A stretch of 64,000 nucleotides of DNA from an uncultured Alphaproteobacteria bacterium. GTDB lineage: Bacteria > Pseudomonadota > Alphaproteobacteria > Sphingomonadales > Sphingomonadaceae. A program made the translations under genes and the position numbers. The stretch spans positions 498,730 through 562,729 of the forward strand of contig CAWJNY010000007.1 of the NCBI GenBank assembly GCA_963844355.1, in the 5' to 3' direction. A model generated the notes under the pieces. The model was given only the letters and a program-made list of their open reading frames with translations. It was not told where the DNA came from and did not search any database. Position 1 is the stretch's first letter. Each line of letters opens with the position of its first letter. Below are positions 13,827 to 27,884 of the stretch, piece after piece.

Positions 13827-15336
13827 TTGGCGAGCAGTACCGAAGCGCAGTGGGGCGGTCCCACTCTCGCTTCGCCAAGGATAGCGACATTACTGGTCGT
13901 GGCAGTGGCGGTCGTCACGCGGATCGTCGCGTGGTGGAACCCAGTCGCCCATGTCGACGACCAATTCTATTTGCTGGCGGGCGAAGAGCTGCTCAACGGC
14001 CGCTGGCCGTACGTCGACGTGTGGGATCGCAAGCCCCTAGGCCTGTTCCTGCTCTATGCCGGCATTGCGTGGATCGGCGGCGGCACCATCCTGGGCCTCA
14101 ATCTCATCGCAACGGCCTTTGCGGCGGCGACGGCAATGATCATTCGCCAGATCGCGTTGCGGTTTGCTTCCTCGACGAGTGCCACGTTGGCCGCTCTTTC
14201 CTACCTGATTTCCATGCCCGTATTTGGTGGCCAAACCGGACAGTCCCCGGTTTTTTATAATCTGCTGGTGGCGGGTGCTGCCCTGCTGCTGATGCGCGCC
14301 ACCGATCGGGTCGGGATAACCCCTGTTCGCCGGCTCGCGCTGGCCGCAATGCTGCTCGCTGGCTTGGCCATGACTATCAAGCAGATAAGCGTTGTTGAAG
14401 GCGCCTGGTTTGGCCTCGCCTTCCTCTGGCTCCTGCGGCGGCTGGGAGCCAGCTGGGCGGAGATGGCTGCATCCGCGGCCGCAATGGCGTTTACCGCACT
14501 GCTTCCGACCGCGCTGATGATGGGAGGCTATGCATTGGCCGGGGAGGCGGCGCTCAGGGAGTTCTTCTACGCCAACTTCGTGTCCATTTTCGATCGTGGG
14601 GGTTTTCAGCTGCAGGCGAAGCTCGCCGGCGCGGCCTATTTCCTGCTTTACCTGCTGCCGCTGCTCGGCATGGGTGGCTGGGGCGCATTTAGCCGTTGGA
14701 GGAAGGACCGGCACGACGCGCGCACGCTGATACTGCTCGGCTGGATGGGTGCGGCACTGCTAGGCTACCTCCTCGTCCCCGCTTTCTTCGATCATTATGC
14801 TCTGCCAGTCCTCGTCCCCTTCTCTGTCGCCGCGGGCATCGCATTTGATCGCCCCGCGCGCTGGTTGTTATTCATGGGCCTCACGGCCTTCTACCTCATC
14901 GATGGGGCTGTCACCGATTTGGCAGGCAACCGCCGCGACGCGAGGCAATTCCAGCAAATCAGCGATTCCGTGCGTGCCGCAGGCCGCGGAGGCTGCGTCT
15001 ATGTGGTCGACGGCCCGAGCCGCCTTTACAGCGAATTTCCTCAATGCCGGGCCACGCGATATTTGTTTTCCGATCATCTGGTGCTGATCACCGAGGCAAA
15101 CGCGGTTGGTGTCAACACCGCGGCGGAACTCGCTCGGATTCTCTCGGAGAAGCCCGAGGTGCTCGTGACCCGTCCCGCGCCAAAAGGGGGCCGGCTGCCA
15201 GAGATTGAGTCACTCGTCAGGGATCGCCTCGATCGGGACTATCGCCTCATCCTTTCCTTGCCGAAAAGCTACAATCCCAGCATCGATCAAGTGACGCGTT
15301 TGGCAACGAAAGGACCTCGGTTCACCCAATCGTTAA
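13827..15336 (+). CDS. Polytopic membrane glycosyltransferase (GT-C/ArnT-PMT-like)
   Basis: DDQFY...PYVDVWDRKPLGLF motif and many TM segments; likely true end WQRKDLGSPNR* via a late frameshift; start approximate. Confidence 0.75.
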
Positions 15337-15347
15337 CCCTCCTTTTA
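15333..15347 (+). promoter_or_regulatory. CtrA-like site
   Basis: TTAA-ccctcct-TTTA, one mismatch to TTAA-N7-TTAA, upstream of the GT2 gene. Confidence 0.35.
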
Positions 15348-15388
15348 CCTTGAGCTGCTTGGGTATTACTTCAATTTTGAGGTGCCCG

Positions 15389-16517
15389 ATGTTCCAGCAA
15401 ACCGTCGACCCCAAACTCATCGTCCACGATGCGCCGCTGCAGCTTAGCGTGGTGATTCCAACCCGCAACGAGGTCGGAAATGTCGAGTTGCTGCTCGAGC
15501 GGCTGGCCGTGGCTCTGGCGGGCATCGAGTGGGAAGCAACCTTTGTCGATGACGGTTCGACGGATGGCACGCCGGAACTGCTGACCCGAATTGCTCAAAA
15601 TGACCGCCGGGTCCGCCTCATCCGCCGCGTCGGCCGCCGCGGCCTTTCGTCGGCCGTTGTCGAAGGCGCCGCTCGCCTCCACAACGCCGATCGTAGCAGT
15701 GATCGATGCCGACCTGCAGCATGACGAGAAGATCCTGCCGGATCTCTTTCGCGCGATCGCGACGGACGGCAATGAGCTGGCGATCGGCACCCGCTATGCC
15801 GGCGATGGCTCGACCGGCGAGTGGGCCGAGGACCGGCTGAAGATCAGCCGCTTCGCCACCGCCCTGGCCTCGCCCATCATGAAGACCCGCATGTCGGACC
15901 CGATGAGCGGGTTCTTCGCCGTTCGCCGCGATGTGCTGCTGGAGGCGGCACCAAGGCTCAGCACGGTTGGCTACAAGATTTTGCTCGACCTGACCGCCTC
16001 CCACCCACGCCCGCTCAAGGTCGCTGAAATCGGTTACACCTTCGGCACGAGGCAGCATGGCAAGTCAAAGCTCGATGAAATGGTCGCCCTGGAATATTTA
16101 GAGCTACTGCTCGATAAAGCGATTGGCCGCTTCATCCCGGTCAAGCTCGTGCAGTTCGGCGCAATCGGCATGCTAGGCGTCGGCGTCCACCTGGCCCTGC
16201 TTTACCTGACGCTGGCCCTGTTCGGCGGCCCCTTCGCGACTGCGCAGGCCGCGGCCGTGATCGGCGCGATGACCTTCAACTTCGCGCTGAACAACAAGTT
16301 CACCTATCGCGACCGCCAACTCAAAGGCTTGGCCTGGGTAGGCGGGCTCTTTTCTTTTTACCTGGTTTGCTCGTTGGGCGCGGTAGCCAATGTCGGCATC
16401 GGCAGCCTGGTTTACGAGCAGTTTCACGGGTGGTGGATCGCCGGGATCGCCGGCGCGGTCGTCGGATCGGTGTGGAACTACGTCGCTAGCGGCTGGCTGA
16501 CCTGGACCAAGCGTTAG
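15389..16517 (+). CDS. GT2 (DPM synthase/GtrB-like) fused to a GtrA flippase-like domain (frameshift ~15672)
   Basis: SVVIPTRNE, VDDGSTDGT, IDADLQHD, SDPMSGFF, then GtrA-type FNFALNNKFTYRD and WNY. Confidence 0.9.
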
Positions 16518-16723
16518 ACTGTCACTTTGTGATTGCCGCAGCCCGACATCGTCTTGGTGGCCGCTCCATCACGGCCGGACTGCTCTGCTCAGAGAACGAT
16601 TTCCGATCACGAGATGGTAGTTTGCGCAGCTCGGCTAAAAACATGGGTAGGAATTAGTCTTTTCTCAAAGTTTGTCCCTTATTCACCATTTCGGTTTTCC
16701 GCGGATTGGTACTGGGAACAGTT

Positions 16724-18242
16724 ATGAACGCATTCGGTAAGCGTAACGGTCTTGGTGCTGGACAGCGTCCCAGCTTCGGCGTGGCGCGCCCGATGAAGGG
16801 TGGTCCGGCACCGGCAGGCGGCGATCAGTTTCCTCCGGTAGAAGATCTGCCCGAGGCATCCGCGCCTTCCGAACAAGGCAGCGCTCCCGCAATGCCCGTC
16901 GGTCCTGGAGGCGCGATGGACCGCCTCAACGACCGCCAGAACGCCAGCGGCGACCGCGCATCCAGCAAGAGCGAGGGCTTCGAGGCCTCGGTCCACCGCA
17001 TCAAGGAACAGGTCCTGCCGCGTCTGCTCGAGCGCGTCGATCCGGAAGCGGCCGCGACGCTCGGCAAGGACGAGCTGGCCGAAGAATTCCGCCCGATCAT
17101 CTCGGAGGTGCTGGCCGAGCTGAAGATCAACCTCAACCGCCGCGAAACCTTCGCGCTGGAGAAGGTGCTGGTCGACGAGCTGTTGGGGCTCGGGCCGCTT
17201 GAGGAGCTGCTGGCCGACCCGGCGGTCAGCGACATCATGGTCAACGGTCCCGACCAGACCTTCATCGAACGCAAGGGCAAGCTGGAGCTGGCCAAGATCC
17301 AGTTCCGCGACGAGGAGCATCTGTTCCAGATCGCCCAGCGCATCGTCAACAAGGTCGGCCGACGAGTTGACCAGACCACGCCTCTCGCCGACGCACGCCT
17401 CCAGGACGGCAGCCGCGTAAACGTCATCATTCCACCGCTGTCGCTGCGCGGCACCGCCATCTCGATCCGCAAATTCTCCGAAAAGCCGATCACGCTCGAC
17501 ATGATGCGCGGGTTCGGTTCGATGTCGGAAAAAATGGCAACGGTGCTGAAGATCGCTGGCGCCTGCCGCATGAACGTCATCATCTCCGGCGGTACCGGCT
17601 CGGGTAAGACGACCATGCTCAACGCCCTGTCGAAGATGATCGACCCTGGCGAGCGCGTGATCACGATCGAAGACGCGGCCGAACTTCGGCTGCAGCAGCC
17701 GCACTGGCTGCCGCTTGAAACCCGTCCGCCGAACCTTGAGGGCCAGGGCGCAATTACCATTCGCGATCTGGTCATCAACGCGCTGCGCATGCGCCCCGAC
17801 CGGATCATCCTGGGCGAAATTCGCGGCCAGGAGTGTTTCGATCTCCTGGCGGCGATGAACACCGGCCACGACGGATCCATGGCTACGCTGCACTCCAACA
17901 GCCCGCGCGAATGCCTGGCTCGTATGGAAAACATGGTGATGATGGGCGACATCAAGATCCCGAAGGAGGCTATCAGCCGTCAGATCGCCGAACTCGGTCG
18001 ACCTCATCGTCCAGGTGAAACGTCTCCGCGACGGATCGCGCCGCACCACCAACATCACCGAGGTTATCGGCATGGAGGGCGAGGTGATCGTCACTCAGGA
18101 GCTCTTCAAGTTCGAGTATCTGGACAAGTCGCCCGATGGCAAGATCATCGGCGAATATCGCTCGATGGGTCTTCGTCCCTACACGCTCGACAAGGCAAAG
18201 CAGTTCGGCTTCGACCAGCCGTATCTGGAAGCCTGCCTCTAA
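16724..18242 (+). CDS. cpaF: Tad pilus assembly ATPase CpaF/TadA (frameshift ~17992)
   Basis: GLGPLEELLADPAVSDIMVNG, GGTGSGKTT, NALRMRPDRIILGEIRG, AMNTGHDGS. Confidence 0.93.
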
Positions 18243-18317
18243 CAGCGAAGCCAGTCTTGCTCTTGACTTGCGGCCCGGCCATTGTCCGGGCTTCATTCGC
18301 ATTCAGGGAGCAAGCCC

Positions 18318-19172
18318 ATGATCCGCCGCGCCGCAGCATTGCTGTTGATCGCCACCGCCGCCACGCCGCTTGCAGCGCAGCAGCCGAGCGAGGCCACAAA
18401 GCCGGCCGCCACGCCGCCGGCGGCGCAGCAGCCGAGCGAGGTCGCAAAGCCGGCCGCCACACCGCTTGAGGCCGCCCTCGCCGCACCAACCCGCACGCCC
18501 GCGAACGTAGCCCGCGACAAGTACCGTCATCCGGCGGAAACGCTCACCTTCTTCGGTGTCGGGCCCGGCGACACGGTCGTCGAGTTTTGGCCGGGCGGCG
18601 GCTGGTATACCGAAGTGTTGGCGCCCTATCTGGCCTCGGCCGGCGCGCTCCATGTCGTTCCCCCTTCCGGAAGCTACGACGCACGGATCCGCACCAAGAT
18701 TGCAAGCGATCCGGTTTACGGCAAGGTCAATGTCGCAACCTTCAACAGCGGGCAACCGACATCGATCGCGCCCGCCAGCGCGGACGTCGTTCTCACTTTC
18801 CGCAATGTCCACAGCTGGCTGGATGAGAAAGCACCGATCGCCGATCAGGTATTCGCGGAGGCGTTTCGCATCTTGAAACCGGGCGGCACGCTCGGAGTGG
18901 TCGAGCACAGGCTACCGGAAGAGGCCGACGACGCGCGGCAGCTGACCAGCGGCTATGTCAAGGTGTCGACCGTGCGCGCGTTGGCCGAGAAGGCAGGATT
19001 CCAGTTCGTGGGTTCGAGTGAAATCAACGCCAATCCCAAGGACACCAAGGATTACCCCGAAGGCGTCTGGACGCTTCCGCCTTCTCTTGAGCTCGGCGAC
19101 AAGGATCGGGAGAAATATCTGGCGATTGGCGAAAGTGACCGAATGACGCTGAAGTTCGTCAAGCCTCGCTAG
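18318..19172 (+). CDS. Secreted class I SAM-dependent methyltransferase
   Basis: Signal peptide; RHPAETLTFFG, PGGGWYTEVLAP, LTFRNVH, IGESDRMTLKFVKP. Confidence 0.9.
   Translation: MIRRAAALLLIATAATPLAAQQPSEATKPAATPPAAQQPSEVAKPAATPLEAALAAPTRTPANVARDKYRHPAETLTFFGVGPGDTVVEFWPGGGWYTEVLAPYLASAGALHVVPPSGSYDARIRTKIASDPVYGKVNVATFNSGQPTSIAPASADVVLTFRNVHSWLDEKAPIADQVFAEAFRILKPGGTLGVVEHRLPEEADDARQLTSGYVKVSTVRALAEKAGFQFVGSSEINANPKDTKDYPEGVWTLPPSLELGDKDREKYLAIGESDRMTLKFVKPR
18372..18467 (+). repeat. 48-bp tandem duplication in the methyltransferase N-terminus
   Basis: Encodes AAQQPSEATKPAATPP followed by AAQQPSEVAKPAATPL. Confidence 0.8.
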
Positions 19173-19202
19173 CGAAGCCGCTTCCAGCACCAATACAGGC
19201 CC

Positions 19203-20655
19203 TCAGGCCCAGAAGGCGCCGATCTTCTTGAGACGTTTGAAACGCGTATCGATTTTCTTGAGCTGGCGGGAGCGGCTGCTGACGTCAGTCCGACCAACCT
19301 CGCCGAGCCCGAAGTCGGTGACGATCTTGCGACCGACCATATCGTCGTGAATCAAGCCGAGGCAGTCCTGCAATGCTTCGAGCGACGCGGCGAACCTGCG
19401 AACTCGCTTGCGACGATAGAGCGGGGCCAGGAACTCGACCGAGTAGCGCAGCTTCTTGACGTCGATTCTTAGCCGATGAAGCTGCTCTTCGTGGAAGTCG
19501 TTTAGCTTCGCTCCGCCGCGCTTGACCTTTCTCCAGGCCCGGTCAAGCTGCCTGGCGGCGAATGTTTCGATCGGCTCGCCGGCCGCCTTTCGCTGCCAGT
19601 CGCCCGAAGCAGTCCATTCAACCAGGTCCATCAGCATGTCGCGCGAGCGCTGCGACTGAAGCGCCTCGATAACCTCGTCATAGTTCTTTGCGCGCGCAGA
19701 TCGAAGCTTGCGCCGATCGCGCCAGCCCAACTCCTCTGCATGGTTATCCAAATATACGTCGAGGTTCCGAGCCTCACCGAATGGCTCCATAAAATTACGC
19801 AATTCTGTGCGCAGCGGCTCCAGCGAGGCTTGTCGTATGGCCGGGCGAAAGAGGATGAAGGCTGTCCGCAGCCTCCGCATGGCAACTCGCCCCTGATGGA
19901 GTGCTGCCGAATTGCGCTCGGCGAGAATGAGCGCCTGATTGAGCCGAAAATGCCGGATGCACTCGTGAACGATCACAGTGAAGGTCTGACCCGCGCTCAG
20001 GCCGCCGGCGATGTGTGGCCTACGCGCCTTCTGCTCATGATCGAACGCTTGCTTGGCCAGCATTCGACCCCGCTCTTCCTTGCTGAGCACGCCGACCTCG
20101 AGCGGTACGTCGTGCGCCAGCTCGCGCACAAGCTCGAACAGGGCCTTCGGGACGCCGGCCTTGAGCTCCAGCTCAAGCTCCTGAAATCTTCTCCTTTGCT
20201 TCAGCCGCGCTGACTGTTCCGGAATCGAGCACGACCTCGACAACGCTACCATCGCGGTCGATTAGCCATGTGGATCGCTCGACTTCGGACTGGACTGTAG
20301 GCTCAAGCCCTTGCGCTAGCTTCTTGAGCTTGCGCAGTGGCGTTTTCTTCAGCGCCTTGAAGTCGACCGACATGCTTTCGACCGGCGCTTCCCATTCGCC
20401 GCGGTCAAACAGTCCCGCTCCGCCGCCATTAGTCTTGACTGTCTGGAAATGTTCATCGCCGACCTGGCGGACGCGGAGTGAATAGCCCGCGTCGTGCAAG
20501 CGGCCGCGGTGAGTATCGAAATAGACCGAGGTTTGGGATTTCACGTCGTGACCGCCGTCCGCCAACAGCGGATGGTGCCGAACCTTCCGCGCCGCCCGGC
20601 GATGCAGCTCGAACTTGAGCTCAGTCTCCAGGTGATCCTTGGCGCCTTTGGTCAT
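19203..20655 (-). CDS. CYTH + CHAD domain protein (frameshift ~20190)
   Basis: ETELKF, YFDT, SLRVR, ELELELK (CYTH); LHQGRVAMRRLR, HRLRIDVKKLRY (CHAD). Confidence 0.9.
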
Positions 20656-20801
20656 CGACTGCCCACGGTGACAGCTGTCCTTGCCGTTGCCTACGCCCAC
20701 GCACTTACTCTCACGGACATGAGCCCATCAAGCCATTCCCGGTCGGGACACCGCCAAACCTCAGGGTCGAGGCCTACTCTTTTGATTTGAAAGGAAGATA
20801 A

Positions 20802-20876
20802 TGGTGGGCGTGGCAAGGATTGAACTTGCGACCCCTGCGATGTCAACACAGTGCTCTACCACTGAGCTACACGCCC
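20802..20876 (-). tRNA. tRNA-Val(GAC)
   Basis: Reverse complement GGGCGTGTAGCTCAGTGGTAGAGCACTGTGTT-GAC-ATCGCAGGGGTCGCAAGTTCAATCCTTGCCACGCCCACCA; full cloverleaf with CCA. Confidence 0.97.
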
Positions 20877-20956
20877 ACACTGGACGGGGCCTCTAAGGAC
20901 CGATTCCGAATTCCGCAAGAGACTAAAGGGATCGGGAGCCGCCCTGGCACCACTGC

Positions 20957-21334
20957 CTAGAGACGGCCGTGCTGGTCCTCTGTCTGGAACAGCCGGTCGA
21001 CCTCGGCGACGAGGTCCTTCAGGTGGAACGGCTTGGACAGAAGCTTGGCCTCCGGCGCCGTGCGACCGCCCTGCAGCGCCACCGCGGCAAAGCCGGTGAT
21101 GAACATGACCCGAATCGCCGGATCGATCGCGCTCGCCTTTTGGGCAAGCTCGATCCCGTCCATCTCCGGCATGACGATATCGGTCAGCAGCAGGTCATAT
21201 TTGCCTGCCTCCAGCAGCGGCATCGCCTCGGTGCCGCAGCCGACCGCTTCGACCTCATAGCCGACCCGCTGCAGTGCACGCTGCAGATACTCGCGCATCG
21301 ACGTATCGTCTTCGGCCAGAAGAATCCTGATCAT
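20957..21334 (-). CDS. cpdR: Single-domain response regulator CpdR
   Basis: MIRILLAEDD, LLLTDIVMPEMDGIELA, ITGFAAVAL, LSKPFHLKDLV; lies between tRNA-Val and N-formylglutamate amidohydrolase. Confidence 0.93.
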   Translation of the reverse strand: MIRILLAEDDTSMREYLQRALQRVGYEVEAVGCGTEAMPLLEAGKYDLLLTDIVMPEMDGIELAQKASAIDPAIRVMFITGFAAVALQGGRTAPEAKLLSKPFHLKDLVAEVDRLFQTEDQHGRL

Positions 21335-21438
21335 CGTTGTTACTCTATGCTCGCTTGCCTTAAAATTTTCCAGCACCCGCCGTCACTTCTGTCGATTGCT
21401 GTCCGGTAATGGCACGGTTAGGCTAACTCCTGTTGCAC

Positions 21439-22278
21439 ATGCGCCGCTACCTTCCCCCGACGATTCACCCGCCGCGCGGTTCCCTGCCCGTCCTACTTTC
21501 CGTTCCGCATGCCGGACGGGAGTATGACCCGGCCGTGCTGGCCAATGCCGCGCAAGGACGGCGCGCCCTCGAAACGCTCGAAGATCCGCTGGTCGATCGG
21601 CTCTGCTGGCGGGCGATCGCCGCCGGCCTCGGAGCGGTAATCCAGAATATTCCGCGCGCCGTAATCGACTGCAATCGTGACGAAGCCGAGGTCGACCCGG
21701 CCGCAGTCGAAGGCATCAGCCCGGCCCCGGTCGGGCCGCGCGCGCGGTTCGGACTTGGCCTGATCCCGTCTCGGACGCACCGACACGGGGCCTTGTGGCG
21801 ACGGCCGATCGATCGAGCCGAGTTCAACCGGCGGATCGAACAGGTTCACCGCCCGTATCACAGGGAAGTTGGCGAAGCGCTGGAACAGCTCGTCGTGCGG
21901 TTCGGCGAGGCCATCATGATCGACTGCCACTCCATGCCGACCCGGCGGGGCCAGGCTGCCATCGTGGTCGGGGATCGGCACGGATCCAGCGCCGCGTCCT
22001 GGGTCACCGCCGAAACTGCGCGAATTCGCGCGCGAAGCGGGCTTCCACGGTAGCGCTCAATGAACCATATGCCGGCGGTGCTATCATCGCAAAGCACGGT
22101 GCGCCCGCCCAGCGGGTGCACGCAGTCCAGCTGGAAATCGACCGGTCGCTCTATCTGAAAAATGACGGCCGGACGCCGGGCGTCGGCTTTGACCGCATCG
22201 CCCGTCTGATCGAGGCCATCGCGATCGGAACTCGGCAACAGCCTGCTCGATCGCAATTTCCGCCAGGCGGCCGAATAA
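21439..22278 (+). CDS. N-formylglutamate amidohydrolase (frameshifted)
   Basis: SVPHAGREY, PRAVIDCNR, HRPYH, IDCHSMP, NEPYAGG, VQLEIDRSLYL. Confidence 0.9.
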
Positions 22279-22390
22279 AAAAAGGCCGCCCGGAGGAACC
22301 GGACGGCCCGGAAGTCAGGGAGGAACGCACTCGATGTGCGTGCCGCAGCCGTTCGCTTAAGGGGATACAAACGAACCGTGGCGGCAAGAC
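22277..22390 (-). ncRNA. alpha-r8 (suhB/MmgR/GsrN)-like small RNA
   Basis: GTTCG..TATCCCC..CGAAC hairpin, TTCCTCCCTGACTT anti-SD tract and GGCCG..CGGCC-T7 terminator, convergent with N-formylglutamate amidohydrolase; 5' end approximate. Confidence 0.75.
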
Positions 22391-22451
22391 CCGATGTGGG
22401 TACTTGCCACGCCAGTTCAATGGGGCGGCGAAGCAAGCCGCCGCGCGGTCG

Positions 22452-23242
22452 TCACGCTTCGGCGGTTGCCGGCTGTCGGGCCGGAGCCGGGCCGGTGCCC
22501 TGCTGCACCTGACGCGCGAAAATCTCCCGAATCATGGATAGCGAGAAGAGATGCGCCATGATCAGCGGCAAGGCGCCGTTCTGGTTGAGCTTGCGGAGCT
22601 CGTCGCCGCGCAAGTTCCGGAACTTCTCCTCGTCGACCATCTGGAAGCCGCGATAAATGAACGGCTGCTCGGCACCCTCGGGCTGGATTGCGACTTCGCC
22701 ATCCATCAGCAGACCGGACTGAGTCAGCTCGGCCATGAACGCCTGGGTGCGTTGGCCGGCCTGTTCGAACTGCTCGCAGAAAGTTAGGATTGCCTTGGTC
22801 GCCTCCGACGGCTCTTCGCCGTCGAACAGCGGCTTCGCCATCCTCGAATTCGCCCACCGCGCCCGACGTCGGGTCGAAGCACAGCGACAGCTCATCGCTG
22901 TCCTCACGAAGGCGCGCCAGGAGGAAGGGGAAACGGCGCAGATAGGCAGGCACGTAGATGTTAGTCTCGCGCGACGGCGCCACTCTCGTCGAAGAAGGTA
23001 TTGGTGCCCTCATGGAGACCCATCAGCACGATCGGAACCGGCGCATCGCCGACCGAGAAGACGATCGGAAAATGCCGCTGGACCATGGAGAATTCGTCGA
23101 CGGTCACCGGGATCGCATGGGTCGAGGCAACGCGATCCAGCCCGTTGAGCCGACGCACGCGGAAATTGCCGTGGGCATTGCGGTTAAGCGGCTCAAGGCC
23201 GTTGTACAGAAGCGGCAGCATGTTTGGCGCTTGGCTCGCCAT
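22452..23242 (-). CDS. SapC family protein (frameshifted)
   Basis: LPLLYNGLEPL, HAIPVTVDEF, YVPAYLRRFPFLLARL, YRGFQMVDEEK, MAHLFSL. Confidence 0.9.
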
Positions 23243-23454
23243 GAGGATCAACTCCAGAAATTGGGGCGGGCTGGCGGTGGAATCCATCCTCGCCGGCCTG
23301 CGTGAGATTTGCGGCGGCAGGCTCTAGTGGCGTGACCCTACCAAGTGCAAGGCGTTTAGGCAATAGCGATTTTCCGGATTTGCGACCTCCGGCCAAGTTC
23401 ATCCTCCATTCAACGCTTGCCGATAGACCGGCTTCCCGCAATGGTTTTCCCCGC

Positions 23455-23938
23455 ATGACGCTGCTTGCCCTCCTTGGACTGATCCCGGCCCTGTTCGGCA
23501 TGGCGCGCGGATCCGCCGCGCCGCAGCAGCAGAGCGTGCGCCGCGTCGTGATCAACGAAGAGATGATGATCAGCATTCCGATACGGCCCGGCGCCCGTCG
23601 CAAAAGCTGGAATGGAGCGAGCGAAAAGGGCCCAAATGCATCTCCGGTCGGAGCGCATCGCGGGTGCGATGCTGTCGGGCCCGTCGTCGATCGATTTCGT
23701 TCTTCGCGACCGCACGCCGGGTGCGGCCGTAATGGACGATGAATGCCCGGCGCTGGACTTCTACCGGGGCTTCTACCTCCAACCCGACGATGAGCGCATC
23801 TGCGCCAAGCGGGAGACAATCCAGAACCGGGTCGGCGCGAGTTGCCGCATCGAGCGCTTCCGCAGCTTGTCCCTCACCTCAAGCAGGTGCGGCGCTAGGC
23901 AATCACTCGCCTTGACATCTGACCCCGCAGGCCTGTAG
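23455..23938 (+). CDS. Secreted hypothetical protein (frameshifted)
   Basis: Signal-like N-terminus; CPALDFYRGFYLQPDDERICAKRETIQNRVGASCRIERF Cys-patterned domain; end uncertain. Confidence 0.65.
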
Positions 23939-23996
23939 CGCGCCAGCGGCGCGGCCCATGATGGCGGCGCGCTTTCCTTTTTTCCGGATCTATTCA

Positions 23997-26497
<2,501 letters not shown>

Positions 26498-26520
26498 CTA
26501 GCGGCTAACCGACGCCCCCG

Positions 26521-27014
26521 CTACCGCGCCAGATATTGCACCAGCGTCTTTCCGGTGGGGTGGAACGACCGCTTCCAGGCCGCCTTGCTCTCATTGCCAC
26601 CGGCGATTTCATCCGGGTCCCATTCGGTGACGAGATCGGTCTCGCGGTCGTACGCGGCGTACCCGTGGAGGAGGTCTTCGAACGGGAAGAGAATAGCAGG
26701 CCAGTCCTCGCCGTTGGGCCCGTGGGCTTGGCGGTCAGCATGCGATATTCCTTCACCGCGCCCTTGAGCGAATAAAATTCGCCGCACGGTGCGCTGCGGT
26801 GATGCTGACCGCTGAGGTAGAATTCCCTCAGATCAGAAGGCAGGCTGAAGCCAAGCTGCTGTTCGGCCTTGGCAACATCGGCCTCGGTTAGGGGCGTCGG
26901 CGGCTTGCGCGTTCGCTTCCGGAAATATTTGATCCGGATTTGCTGCCAAATCACGAACGGCAGCATGACCAGTGTGCCGATAATGAGGATCGGCAAAAGC
27001 AACAATTTCCGCAT
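26521..27014 (-). CDS. SMI1/KNR4 family protein with N-terminal TM helix (frameshift ~26725)
   Basis: PLTEADVAKAEQQLGFSLPSDLREFY SUKH-type motif. Confidence 0.7.
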
Positions 27015-27094
27015 CCAGACCCCCCTGACGCTGGCTAACCTATTTCAGACCTTGTCCGCGTGACAACCACCCGATCAATCGCCAAGAGGCGCCC

Positions 27095-27850
27095 ATGATC
27101 GAACCCTGGGTCTATGCCGCCCTCACTGCGACGGCCGTCCTGACCGGCTTCATCGATGCGATCGCCGGCGGCGGCGGGCTGATCATGATGCCGGCGCTCC
27201 TGTCGGCCGGCGTGCCGCCGATCAATGCGCTTGCGACCAACAAGCTGCAATCGATGTTCGGCACTGCGACCGCCTGCTCCAACTATGCCCGCAAGGGTCT
27301 GATCGACCTTCGCGCCAATCTGCTGACCGTCATTCTTGTATTCGTCGGCGCCAGCGTCGGGGTGATCGTGGTGCAAACGATCGACACCAGAGCGCTCTCC
27401 CTGATCATCCCCCTGCTGCTGATGGCGGTAGCCCTCTATGTCCTCGTCAGCCCGCGGATGAGTGACGAAGATGCGCATCAGCGGGTGAGCGCGCGCGGCT
27501 ACGCTCCGGTCGGGGCCGTAATCGGCGCCTATGACGGCTTCTTCGGGCCGGGCACCGGCAGCTTCTTCACCGCAACCTTGGTCGGGTTGCGCGGACACGG
27601 CCTGACTCGAGCCACCGCGCTGACCAAGCTGCTCAACCTCACCAGCAACATCGCCTCCGTTCTGTTCTTCGCCATTGGCGGCAAGATGTTCTGGCTGTTG
27701 GGCCTTTGCATGGCTGGAGGCGCAATGGTGGGCGGCTGGATCGGAAGTCACACCGCGATGCGCTTCGGCGCCCAGGTGATCCGACCGCTACTTGTCATGC
27801 TTTCGCTCGCCCTTACAGCGCGGCTGCTGTGGACCTATTTCGCGGCCTGA
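27095..27850 (+). CDS. TSUP / TauE-SafE family transporter
   Basis: GFIDAIAGGGGLI, ATNKLQS, YDGFFGPGTGSF. Confidence 0.93.
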   Translation: MIEPWVYAALTATAVLTGFIDAIAGGGGLIMMPALLSAGVPPINALATNKLQSMFGTATACSNYARKGLIDLRANLLTVILVFVGASVGVIVVQTIDTRALSLIIPLLLMAVALYVLVSPRMSDEDAHQRVSARGYAPVGAVIGAYDGFFGPGTGSFFTATLVGLRGHGLTRATALTKLLNLTSNIASVLFFAIGGKMFWLLGLCMAGGAMVGGWIGSHTAMRFGAQVIRPLLVMLSLALTARLLWTYFAA

Positions 27851-27884
27851 CTCCCGCCGCAATCTCCCCCTAGGTGGCCTGACC

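Noticed and set aside
16679..18094. Long antisense ORFs (also opposite atpD, uvrA, clpA and fdh)
   Set aside because: Shadow ORFs expected from high GC3 on the opposite strand of well-supported genes.
19173..20801. Island integrated at the tRNA-Val(GAC) 3' end carrying the CYTH-CHAD gene
   Set aside because: No duplicated tRNA 3' end or integrase was found downstream.
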